A DNA stretch of 49,732 bases from Octopus sinensis (lineage: Eukaryota), in assembly GCF_006345805.1 (NCBI RefSeq), contig NW_021833852.1, forward strand, positions 1 through 49,732. Reading direction: 5' to 3'. Position 1 is the first letter of the stretch, and the number at the start of each line of letters is the position of its first letter. The notes under the pieces are model-generated. The model was not told the DNA's origin, searched no databases, and saw only the letters and a program-made list of their open reading frames with translations. This document shows, piece after piece, positions 38,443 to 48,799 of the stretch. The translations under genes were made by a program, and so were the position numbers.

Positions 38443-38565
38443 AGAAAGGGTTACCGGCGACCCGTGTGAGCACCGGTATTTAACCGAACGAATATCCATA
38501 GCCATAGTCAGAGGCAATACTCTGGCTATCCGCCAATGACCTTTTTTCTCTAGTCCTTTTATTAA
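38443..38565 (+). mobile_element. 123-bp extreme 5'-truncated CRE-clade insertion
   Basis: 11-bp TSD agttataaagt (38432-38442; 38566-38576). Encodes RVTGDPCEHRYLTERISIAIVRGNTLAIRQ*, the RLE C-terminal xSIAxxRGN motif. Confidence 0.75.
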
Positions 38566-38980
38566 AGTTATAAAGTTAAATTTGTGGGGTAATTTTTTTA
38601 GTTTTTTGATTAATAAAGTTTAGTTTTTATTTTTTATGTTAAAAAATCGCCCTAGTAATCATATTCTTATTCTTATCAATATCTAGAGTTTTTTGTAGTT
38701 TGTTTGCATTTAAATAAGTCAGGAACGTGCCTTAAATACTAATTTTTAAATTTAGATATACATTTAAGATTACAGAGAACCTTAAAAATTAAATTAAAAT
38801 ATTTTTTCAATTTTCTTATGTACTAAATAAACCTTACTAATAAAATATTATTGAGGTATAGGTAATATTTGTAATAATATATTAAATATTTTTATGTTAA
38901 TAACTGGTTAGCTTAATTTAAAAATAAAGAAATGTTGCATAGTAGCCCTTAATCATTCTAATTATTGATATTTGTTTGTA

Positions 38981-39719
38981 ATGTCGGAAAAATCGAAAGA
39001 ATTGAAGCAAAAAATAGCTGAGGAAGAGGAAATGAAGTATATTGATAATAATTTTTATATTTTTCATTAAAACAACAGAAAAGTCATCGATAATTCAATA
39101 AAGGCCTTGAAAATTAAAATAAACAAAATTCAAGATGACATTGAATCAGATGCAGATGGCGGTAAACGTTTTGAATAACAAAAAATAGAAAATCGGTGGA
39201 AAAAAATGTACGAAGCTCAACAGGAGACAAATAAACAACTTAAAAATCAAATAGTCGTTTTACATAATAAAATCTCAGAAGCACGAACAATGCTAAAAGA
39301 AAGTTTATAAAACCACAATTTATTAATTGCTTAGATAATAAAGGTAGCCGAATTGAAAAAAATGGGGAGGTTTTTTTATTTAAAAAATAGTTTAGGTGAC
39401 TCCTTATATGATTAAAATGTTACAAAGAGAACGAAATAATCTCACTTCTCAGCTGAAAGATTTAGAATGGCGACTTGATACAGAATCTAAAGTATTTTAA
39501 TTAATTTATTTTAACGGCTTATTACAAAGCCTTAGATGAGCGGAAAAGATATGAAATAGAAATTAATTCGGCCAAGAGAGAGATTAAAGCAATTAAACAG
39601 CGAGTTGTAAAAAACTTGAAAACTGTTGAGGAAACGGCAGATATTCAGTATACAATCTTAAATAAAAATTTATTCTTGATAGAAAAGATAGACGTACTCC
39701 GAAAATGATTCAAAATTGA
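38981..39719 (+). CDS. CCDC169: Coiled-coil domain-containing protein 169-like
   Basis: ENRWKKMYEAQQETNKQLKNQI and KMLQRERNNLTSQLKDLEWRLDTESK|AYYKALDERKRY match CCDC169 motifs. Introns 25-42 nt; one acceptor reads CG (39515-39516); 3' end uncertain. Confidence 0.7.
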
Positions 39720-42070
39720 AAATATCTCATTTAAACTTATATTACTAAATTTACTTAAATAAAAATTAATTTCATAGTGGTTGACGACATGACGTCTTTA
39801 ATTTTCTTGATCAATGAACATTGACAATTTTTTCAACCGCATGACCAAAAGAAATAGCAAAGAAAAGTTATTTATATTTTTTTATTTCTATTTCGTATTT
39901 AAAAATGTCAACTATGTTGAAAAATGAATTTAAAATAAAATAATTATTAATGTTTCACAATAACGACAAATTTTGATGATAGGTATTTGAACCTATCTTT
40001 AATTTCTCTTAAATAGAGCGTAATCTTAATTTACTTTAATCATGAATAAATTGTTCTTCTTGTGGTGAGGTGAGTGAGCGAAATATAATGAAAGAAGAAG
40101 ACTCCAAGACGATGGAAACTCTTCGGATAGTTGGGAGGGATCCCTCTATCTGTTATGGGTGTAATAAGATCAACACCAGGAAATGTGGCGTTTACTGTTC
40201 AATGTGTAATAAATTCTGGCATATTAGCTGCGCGCACCTTACCAAAGCCGCAGTGAAACTACTTCGGCGCTGGAGCTGCCACTGTTGTATGGCTTTACTC
40301 GGAATCGCGGCTTCGCAGCATCAGTCTCCTTTGCTTCATGAACCCAAATCAGAACACTATATTCTCAAAATTTCTAACTTACGGAAATCTAAGAAGATAC
40401 CATTACGTATCCCTAAACAGGCTCGGATCTCAGCGGCAAACTGCTTGTGCGATCTTATCACTGATGCGCTAAGCTCCGGGGGGACCATTCTTGGATCCGT
40501 CTCCTCTCTTTTGCACCTTGTGTGTTTGGACAAGCAATTGATGGTTCAGTACAAAAGAAGAGTCTCTCGGCTGCCATTAAGTCGAACTCTGCGAGATTGG
40601 ATGTCTCATAGATTGATTTCGATTGTGAAGCGACCAATTACCAAACGTGCATCACGGAAAAACCCCCCCATTGGTTCAAAACCCAAGTTAGTCGTAAACT
40701 CATGGATGGCGACATCCGTGCGGCAGTTCGGGTCCTTTCGTCCGCTGATTCACTTGCTGAATCTACTGCCGAGACTTTGGAACACCTCAAAAACAAACAT
40801 CCGATGCCCCCAGATGACTTACGGGAGTTTCCCACACGAGACAATGCAATTATACTGTCAATTTCTGATGATGAAATTTTGGAAGGGATTAAATCTTTCA
40901 GACCGAGTAGCAGTGGGGGATTTGATGGTCTCCGGCCGAGTCATATAAAGGACATGATTTCCCGATTGACTATGGAGACTGGAATCCGCCTGATCAAGTG
41001 TATTACCAAGCTTGTCGAACGGATTGTCAATGCTGAGATTTCAGGCTTTGCAAGGGATCTACTTTTCTGTTCACACCTTATTGCTTTCCGAAAGAACGAT
41101 GGAGGAGTCCGCCCCATTGCAGTCGGTAATGTCTTTCGGAGGCTTGCATGCAAAATTGCAGCCCGAAGAGTCTGTCTCCGTGTTGCCGCTGAATTATCTC
41201 CAGTCCAACTGGGAGTTGGTGTTTCCAACGGATGTGAAGCTGCTGTCCACGCGACAAGAGCTTTTTTTCACCTGACACAAGACATTCCCCAAATTCCTTT
41301 TCGGTGAAGCTGGATATCTCAAACGCGTTCAACAGTCTGAGAAGGGACTGTATGCTGGAATCGTGCTCGCAGCGTACCCCAGAGATCATGAGTCTGGCTC
41401 ACCTTGCTTACGGGTCCGAAAGTTCGCTTGTCTTTGACAAACACATTGTCCGTTCACGGACTGGAGTCCAACAAGGTGACCCTCTTGGGCCCTTACTATT
41501 CGCTCTGTGAATCGACGAGGTGGCTCGTAATGTAAAGACACCTCTCAACCTTTGGTACCTTGACGATGCCACTATTGGTGGCCCTGTTGATGTCGTCTTG
41601 GATGAGTTATATAAAATTGTTCCTGCCCTGGCAAAAATGGGGCTGATAATCAACACCAAAAAACTGAGATCATAAATATCTCAGTCCCAATTCAAGACTT
41701 TGGCTTAGTAATGGAAAAGATTTCAGAAATCTTGTCAGACACAAAACAAACACGCCTCAACGATGTTTATTTTCTTGGGTGTCCTTTCGGAGAGTCCGAA
41801 GTGCAAAACCACCTCAGAGCTAAGAGTGTCGAAATGTCCCGTTTTACTGAACGCCTCTCTCTACTTGACTCCCACACGGCCTTTTTCCTCCTCAAAAATT
41901 GCATCCACGTGCCCAAACTGTTATATTTATTGAGATGCTCGCCCTGCTTTATACAAGACTAGCTCGGCAGCTCGCTTCGCTCACCGCGACCTAGCTCCTG
42001 CGGAGGGCCTGTTTCATCAAACAACTATAAGTTTATGTAGATGTATAAAAATACCTGGTTAAATGTAACC

Positions 42071-42253
42071 CTATTCTATCGCCTGTTGATAAACGATGTT
42101 TGTCGTCCGTCCTTCCTTGGCATATATGAATAAATTTTCTCTTCTGCCTACCCTCGAGCATCCCACATACAGCTGTCCATGTGAAAAGCACTCACTCTCT
42201 AAAAATAACCCAACTACCTTTAATGACTGTCCCTGGGCCTTGTTTATTGTCAT
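42071..42253 (-). pseudogene. Last ~60 codons of the Helitron PIF1-like helicase
   Basis: MTINKAQGQSLKVVGLFLESECFSHGQLYVGCSRV...TTNIVY. Confidence 0.9.
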
Positions 42254-42403
42254 TGCACACTTTTTTTTTCATTTTTTGTGGTTTATTTTTTTTTATATTT
42301 AATTTTTTCATTTTTCCTTTGTAATTTCCTTTTTTTTCTTTTTTTGTTTTTTACTGGCGGAAATGGGGCAGGGGGAGATGCGGCAGGCGGAAATGCGGCA
42401 GGC

Positions 42404-42485
42404 AAGAAAGCGACACACAAAAAAGCGACACACAAAAAAGCGACACACAAAAAAGCGACACACAAAAAAGCGACACACAAAAAAG
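42404..42485. repeat. 15-bp tandem repeat (AAAAAAGCGACACAC) x5 inside the Helitron
   Basis: Five consecutive units, preceded by two GCGGCAGGC-containing 15-mers. Confidence 0.9.
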
Positions 42486-42679
42486 ATTTAATTAATTACC
42501 TTATTAAGCTGACCGTTTTTTCTTCAGCTTCGTTTTTCCTCCTTCGGTTATCTATTTAAAAAATTATTTTTGAATAATAAAAAAGTTTAGGAAAAGAGGC
42601 ATACCGAAAATAAATTCTATCTTTACGAAAAACTCAAGTAAATAGTTAATATTTTTACGCAAATTCTTCTGATTGCGCT

Positions 42680-42884
42680 GTCAATTGGTGGTAAATTGTG
42701 TTAATGGTTGTGCTAATGTGGTTTCAACTATCAAAGTGTTTTTCAAAATCTGTTAATTGCACACTCTATTCAAGGTCGTGCGTCAATTGGTGGTAAATTG
42801 TGTTAATGATTGTGCTAATGTGGTTTCAACTATCAAAGTGGTTTTTCAAAATCTGTTAATTGCACACTCTATTCAAAGTCGTGC
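42680..42884. repeat. ~102-bp tandem duplication inside the Helitron
   Basis: gtcaattggtggtaaattgtgttaat...ctctattcaa(g/a)gtcgtgc at 42680-42781 and 42782-42884 with about 3 differences. Confidence 0.9.
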
Positions 42885-43095
42885 AATCTGTGATTGCACA
42901 TTCTGTCAAAGTCAAATATGATAATAGCTTTAATTTTGATTCATGGTCGATAATGATATATGCATTTAATTTTAAAGAGAAAAACATAGGATGAATTGAA
43001 TTTCTTTATCGCGAATAATTGGGAGTTCATCATTGTTAATATTCTCGCTGTCGTTTTCATCAAGGATATTCTTAATACGTGAGATTTTTGCCTTG

Positions 43096-44458
43096 AAGGT
43101 TTTAATGGACCTCATCATGAATGTCGAGGACATTCGCGTTGTTCATTTTAATCAAAATGCAGAAAATAATTTTTTGATTTTTTGGGGGAAAGGTTTTAAG
43201 GACTTCATCATGTAAGTCGAGAACATTGTAGTTGTTCATTTTAACCAAAATGCAGAGAAAATTTTTTTTAATTTTTTTGGGGGGGAAGGTTTTAAGGACT
43301 TCATCATGTAAGTCGAGGACATTGTAGTTGTTCATTTTAACCAAAAAGCAGAAAATTTTTTTTTAATTTTTTTGGGGGGGAAGGTTTTAAGGACTTCATC
43401 ATGTAAGTCGAGGACATTGTAGTTGTTCATTTTAACCAAAATGCAGAAAATTTTTTTTAATTTTTTTGGGGGGGAAAGTTTTAAGGACTTCATCATGTAA
43501 GTCGAGGACATTGTAGTTGTTCATTTTAACCAAAATGCAGAAAATTTTTTTTAATTTTTTTTGGGGGGAAGGTTTTAAGGACTTCATCATGTAAGTTGAG
43601 GACATTGTAGTTGTTCATTTTAACCAAAAAGCAGAAAATTTTTTTTTAATTTTTTTGGGGGGGAAGGTTTTAAGGACTCATCATGTAAGTCGAGGACATT
43701 GTAGTTGTTCATTTTAACCAAAATGCAAAAATTTTTTTTAATTTTTTTTGGGGGGAAGGTTTTAAGGACTTCATCATGTAAGTCGAGGACATTGTAGTTG
43801 TTCATTTTAACCAAAATGCAGAAAATTTTTTTTAATTTTTTTGGGGGGGAAGGTTTTAAGGACTTCATCATGTAAGTCGAGGACATTGTAGTTGTTCATT
43901 TTAACCAAAATGCAGAAAATTTTTTTTTAATTTTTTTGGGGGGGAAGGTTTTAAGGACTTCATCATGTAAGTCGAGGACATTGTAGTTGTTCATTTTAAC
44001 CAAAATGCAGAAAATTTTTTTTTAATTTTTTTTGAAGGGAAGGTTTTAAGGACTTCATCATGTAAGTCGAGGACATTGTAGTTGTTCATTTTAACCAAAA
44101 TGCAGAAAATTTTTTTTTAATTTTTTTTGGGGGGAAGGTTTTAAGGACTTCATCATGTAAGTCGAGGACATTGTAGTTGTTCATTTTAACCAAAATGCAG
44201 AAAATTTTTTTTTAATTTTTTTTGGGGGGAAGGTTTTAAGGACTTCATCATGTAAATCGAGGACATTGTAGTTGTTCATTTTAACCAAAATGCAGAAAAT
44301 TTTTTTTTAATTTTTTTGGGGGGGAAGGTTTTAAGGACTTCATCATGTAAGTCGAGGACATTGTAGTTGTTCATTTTAACCAAAATGCAGAAAATTTTTT
44401 TTTAATTTTTTTGGGGGGGAAGGTTTTAAGGACCTCATCATGTAAGTCGAGGACATCG
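43096..44458. repeat. ~94-95 bp tandem array, 14 full units plus 1 partial, inside the Helitron
   Basis: Unit starts near 43096, 43190, 43286, 43381, 43475, 43569, 43664, 43756, 43850, 43945, 44040, 44135, 44230, 44325 and 44420. Near-invariant ~65-bp core plus variable-length T and G runs. Confidence 0.95.
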
Positions 44459-45699
44459 TATTGCCAATTTGAAGTTGGTGTGCACACACAGACAGACAGA
44501 CAGACAGACACACACCATACTATTTTATTATTAAGATGAAATATTGCATTCTATCGATGATACGTTAAGATTGTGTGCCGAGTGGATCCTAAATGTCCGT
44601 TTCGATAATGATGGGTGGACCCAGTGTAAACTACCTCTTAATTCTGGCGGAGCTGGCCTAAGATCCGTCCTGGACCTTGCCCTCCCAGCTTTCCTGTCCT
44701 CTCACTCATCCTGCCGAAGGCTATCCTTGGAGATTCTACATAAATCCCCCGAATCTTCTTTGGACAGGCCTTTTGAAGATGGATGTATGCTGTGGAAGGA
44801 ATCAGGATTAAAATTCCCGATCCAAACATCACTCCAACAGAGCTTGGACAAATTACGCTGCGAATTCACCGCAGACAACCTGGGAATGATGCTCGACCAG
44901 CACCGCCTCGCCTGCTTACGCTCTGCAGCTGTGCCACACAGTGGGTCATGGCTGAATGCTATGCCAATTGCTGGCCTCGGAACATTATTAGAGGATGATT
45001 GCATGCGTATCGGTACTGCATTGAGACTCGGACTTGACATCTGCGAACAACATCGTTGTAGATGTGGAAAAATGGTTGACGTCAAAGGTGTACACCCACT
45101 CTCTTGCAAACGAAGTGCTGGCCGAGCTCCTCGGCACTCCGCTATTAACAATGTTATCTTAAGAGCTCTTGAGTCGGCGGGCTTCCCCTCGATCCTAGAG
45201 CCAGTGGGCTTAGATCGTGGAGATGGGAAAAGACCCGATGGAATGACCACTTTTCCCTACTCCTGTGGAAAATCGTTGGTTTGGGATTCAACGTGTGTTG
45301 ACACCCATTCCAAAACTAATATGATCTCTTCTGCTGTTTCTCCAGGTTCTGCAGCATCTGCTGCAGAGCAAAGAAAAATTGCCAAATACGCAAATCTTGG
45401 ACAACGGTACCGCTTCGTACCTATCGCTGTGGAGACTTCTGGGGTAACCGGCCCTCTTACGGCTTCTTTCATCAGAGAAGTCGGAGGAAAAGTTGCTAGG
45501 CGACGTGGGGAGCCTCGAGAAGTGTCATGGTTATTCCAACAAATTGGAATAGCTGTCGTTCGCGGCAATGCACACTCCATCATGCGTGCAACCGCAAGTG
45601 CCTTTTAATCATTGACTAACTTATTTCATTTAACAAAAATAATTAATTGATTGATTAAAAAAAAAAAAAAACTTTAATCATTTCTTATTTATTTTTAGA

Positions 45700-46280
45700 G
45701 TTAGTTTACAAAATACGATTTACTAATAATCTCGTCATAAAAACGATCAATCGGATTAAAACAAGTCCAAAATCTGATAGGATCTTTAGGAAATTTTGTA
45801 TAGATAGGAATGAAGATTATTTAAAACTCTTGCATCATGCTGAAGTTTATTTTTGTTTTTTTTTATATTTTTAGGTTCGCTGGTTGTCCAAAGAAAAACC
45901 AGGATTTGTCTACCTTTTAAAGAAAAATATCCAAAGATTTGGGAACAAATAATTAAAATTTTATTATGTTTTCCAACGACATATCTTGTGGAATCAGGAT
46001 TCAGCGTAGTAAACAGGATATTGAGCAATGAACGTAACAAGCTTGATATCTGCTCGCGACGAGATGTCAGATTATTTTTAACACGCTTGGACCCTGATAT
46101 TCAGAAATTAATTAAAATGCATGAAAACCAAGGCTCTCATTAAATAGTTAAAATATATTTCAAGTCTCTAAATTTAATTAAAAGAAATAAATAAGTCTGT
46201 TTTTTTGGTACACGAAATAACTTGGTTTGGTGCATTGACTTTTCTTTTTGGGACACCAAAAAAAAGGTTGAGAATCACTG
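45700..46280 (+). mobile_element. hAT (Buster/ZBED8-like) 3' portion with a 30-nt intron in the transposase
   Basis: VIKTINRIK...RIFRKFC...LLHHAE|intron 45845-45874|VRWLSK; after an internal deletion YPKIW...FPTTYLVESGFS...RDVRLFLTRLDPDI...SH*. Right TIR GGTTGAGAATCACTG ends at 46280. Confidence 0.8.
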
Positions 46281-46550
46281 ATCTTGATCACTATCATAAT
46301 GGTTTTGAAAGGCATAGAAAATAAACGTAATGTTCTGGAAGTTTTGAAAATTGGCCAATTTTTAATACGAATTTTTGAAAAAAATTAAAATTTAATTAAC
46401 ACATGTCTTCAAATTTTTTTTGTGGACTCGTTTTACTTCTCAAGAAAATGCTGAAATTAGTAATAACCGTAAACAACTCATATCCACCATTCCTCTGATA
46501 ACTACCACAAAAATATATTTAAAATGGAAAAATTTTGATATCCACTAGAA

Positions 46551-47170
46551 CAGTGTTTCTAAACGTGGTCTCCATAAAATTTTAGGCGGTCCCCAGAAAT
46601 ATTTTTGAGTCAATTAATTTTTATGCTCAAAAAATTATTTAATTTTTATTATTTATTTTCATTAGAAATTTTAATTTTTTACATGTGTTTTTGTTATTTA
46701 ATTGTAATAGTTATTCGCAAATCGAATGATTTTTAACTTGAATATGAATTTACCCAATATACTGGATCTGAAAACGTTGATCAGCGCAGTGTATAATATG
46801 TGACGTCATAATGGGAAAAAACTCTTGAAGCCGTCACAATTAAAAAGACATAAGGAAAAAACTTACCCAAAAAAATGGGAAGGACACTGTCGATAGTTAT
46901 TGCATAGAGAACTAAATATGGTAAATATAGAAAACTTAGCAATATTAGATTTGGACCAATGGATAAACCATGTCTACTAGCTTCATATGAGATATTAATA
47001 ATTGAACAGTTATTTTAGATATCCTTAATTATTGCCAAAAACAAAGTATCTCATTTTCCTGGAGACAATTTAATAAAACCTACCACATTGACAATGGCAG
47101 GAATATTGCTTGATAAAGATGCCGTACAAAAATTTTTAAATGTACCTTTATCAAATGACACGATTACGAA
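46551..47170 (+). mobile_element. hAT (Buster/ZBED5-like) 5' portion, truncated
   Basis: Terminal CAGTGTTTCTAAACGTGG at 46551; LKPSQLKRH; AKNKVSHFPGDNLIKP...VPLSNDTI. Confidence 0.75.
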
Positions 47171-47629
47171 TTAAATACGAGGCATATCTAAACCAATCAC
47201 TGAACCAATTGCGATTTGGAAAATACACTTTTTTTATTCCGGAAGCCAATAAATTAATTTATTTCCAAGAACAGTCGATTAAATTACGAAATTTGAAATT
47301 TTACGAGTTGACACCTAAGTGAAAAATTGTTACTAAAAAGTATGCTCTCAAGCTTTACAAATAATCAAAGATTTTTAATAAATTCAGAAATATTGCGTTA
47401 ACGAGGCTATTGGTTTAAATGAAATAATTAAGGCCCTCAAAAAGACGGAAAACTACATAATTTCTATAATTCCGTTATCCGTTATTTTCTAATAAGCGGT
47501 ACATATTTAGAGGACTCATTTTTTCGTGGATATAAGAGACTTTACTGTACAGGAAACAAAATGATGATATTTTTTGCCAACGATTTGCTAATAGATTCTC
47601 AACAATATTCCGAAAGACAATATCAAGAA

Positions 47630-48041
47630 GTTAACGTGTTTATCTACGAAACCAAATTTAATTAAGATTAAAATATTTAATTAATTAGGACTTTCAATCC
47701 TGATTGATAGTCTCTCTTCTCCTTTTAGGAGAAGAGTCTGCTGCTTGTCCCTCTTCATTCTCTATCTCTGCGTCGGTTGTTGTGCGTCTTTTATCTTTGA
47801 ATGGAATGTCCTGGCGGCATGCCATTTCTACTAGTTGATCGGTCGCAGAGGTATATTCCTCGCCAGTTATCTTCATTCCATGCTTGTGTTCAATTATCAT
47901 GCTCTCTAGCGTCCTTTTGACCACAACCAATTGGATGTATGTCATTGTAAATTTTTCAATATATAGTTTGTCCATATAATTTTTGAAGCATCTTGTGACA
48001 ACACCATCCCAGGTCAAAACCACGGGAATAATTTTAACTTG
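47630..48041 (-). mobile_element. 5'-truncated RLE-type (R4/Dong-like) retrotransposon 3' end
   Basis: 14-bp TSD gacaatatcaagaa (47616-47629; 48042-48055). Open frame VKIIPVVLTWDGVVTRCFKNYMDKL...YIQLVVVKRTLESMIIEHKHG...*; no poly(A). Confidence 0.75.
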
Positions 48042-48799
48042 GACAATATCAAGAAAAACAATAAATAATTTTATACTAAAGAAGGAAGCTATTTTAAAAA
48101 ACTAAAAAAATTATCAATTGTCGAATTTGAAATAAATAAAAATATTGTTTCTTCCAAAAAATAGTACGGGATTGCTTCAACTTATTAATATTAGCATTAT
48201 AAAATCTTTTAAAATGATTTACCAAACGCATGTTAATTTATTTGAGAGAATTATTGGAGCTCAAATAATTTTTGTTTATAATTCTTACAAGTAATGTATT
48301 TGAGGGATACGGCCTTTTAACAGAAATGGCTTGGGAGGAGACGTATTCTGAAGAGACAATCAGAAAATTTTCCAATGTTTCTAATAACTCCAATAACAAA
48401 ATTCTATAAATTGATATCAATAATACAACAATGAGAAGAACATACATTGTCGATCTTCTCAAAGTGGCGGATTTTTCAAATATTAAATATACGTAAAATG
48501 AAAAATTTATTGAAAATCAAATTTTTTTTCACAAGAATTAGAAAATAAAGAGCAATAATCATAAAAAACAAGACATACAGATAAAATGTATATTTAAATT
48601 AGATCACTACAATAGCGAGTCCCTGGTCGAACAAATTTTTTGAATGAACGAATTTTTATAATTTTATTTTTTATTGAAAAAATATTTTATTTTCAAATTT
48701 ACAAAAAAAGAATTGAAAAATTTCCCAATCAGAAAATAGCCAAAATCTTGACAAAGGATGTTTTTTATTTAAATCTTTAAATTAGAATTATTAGCTAGT

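Larger units (their letters stand above)
41959..44536 (-). mobile_element. Non-autonomous Helitron (2578 bp)
   Basis: Minus strand reads A|TCTTAATAATAAAA...GCGAAGCGAGCTGCCGAGCTAG|T: 5' TC, 3' CTAG, A^T target, no TSD. A (TGTC)n tract lies near the 5' end (~44484-44513) and a GC-GAA-GC hairpin near the 3' end. Removal restores CFIQD|EILHSIDD in the CRE ORF. Confidence 0.92.
40044..45671 (+). mobile_element. Full-length CRE-clade non-LTR retrotransposon (PHD - RT - CCHC - RLE), split by a Helitron
   Basis: TSD actttaatcat (40033-40043; 45671-45681), A15 tail 45657-45671, ATG at 40088. PHD at 40151-40285; RT motifs GVRPIAVG, KLDISNAFN, GVQQGDPLGPLLF, WYLDD (41553-41567); CRCG...HPLSC; RH; KRPDG; VWD; EQRKIAKY; RGNA. 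About 980 codons after removing the Helitron, with a few frameshifts and stops. Confidence 0.92.

Noticed and set aside
9141-39719. Genome-wide TGA=Trp nuclear code
   Set aside because: The conserved Trp codons I checked in FTSJ1, VRK, NAA25 and MRPL20 are all TGG. Only a local or foreign-origin explanation is kept as a finding, although few genes here clearly end in TGA.
42278-42559. ORFs with KKATH or CVAFL repeats
   Set aside because: These are translations of the 15-bp repeat inside the Helitron, with no other support for coding.
43102-43886. ORFs with repeated NNYNVLDLHDEVLKTFPP
   Set aside because: They are by-products of the tandem unit; the frame changes with run length and the unit is continuous with the non-coding Helitron 5' subterminal sequence.
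43096-44458. CRISPR-like reading of the 95-bp array
   Set aside because: There are no unique spacers (inter-core segments differ only in homopolymer length), no cas genes, and the context is a eukaryotic Helitron.
40638-45583. Antisense and alternate-frame ORFs over the CRE element
   Set aside because: They are shadows of a GC-richer coding sequence with no independent motifs.
47170-48560. Host gene on the minus strand around the 47630-48041 insertion
   Set aside because: Hydrophobic open stretches and some GT..AG blocks exist, but no consistent exon chain or family could be built.
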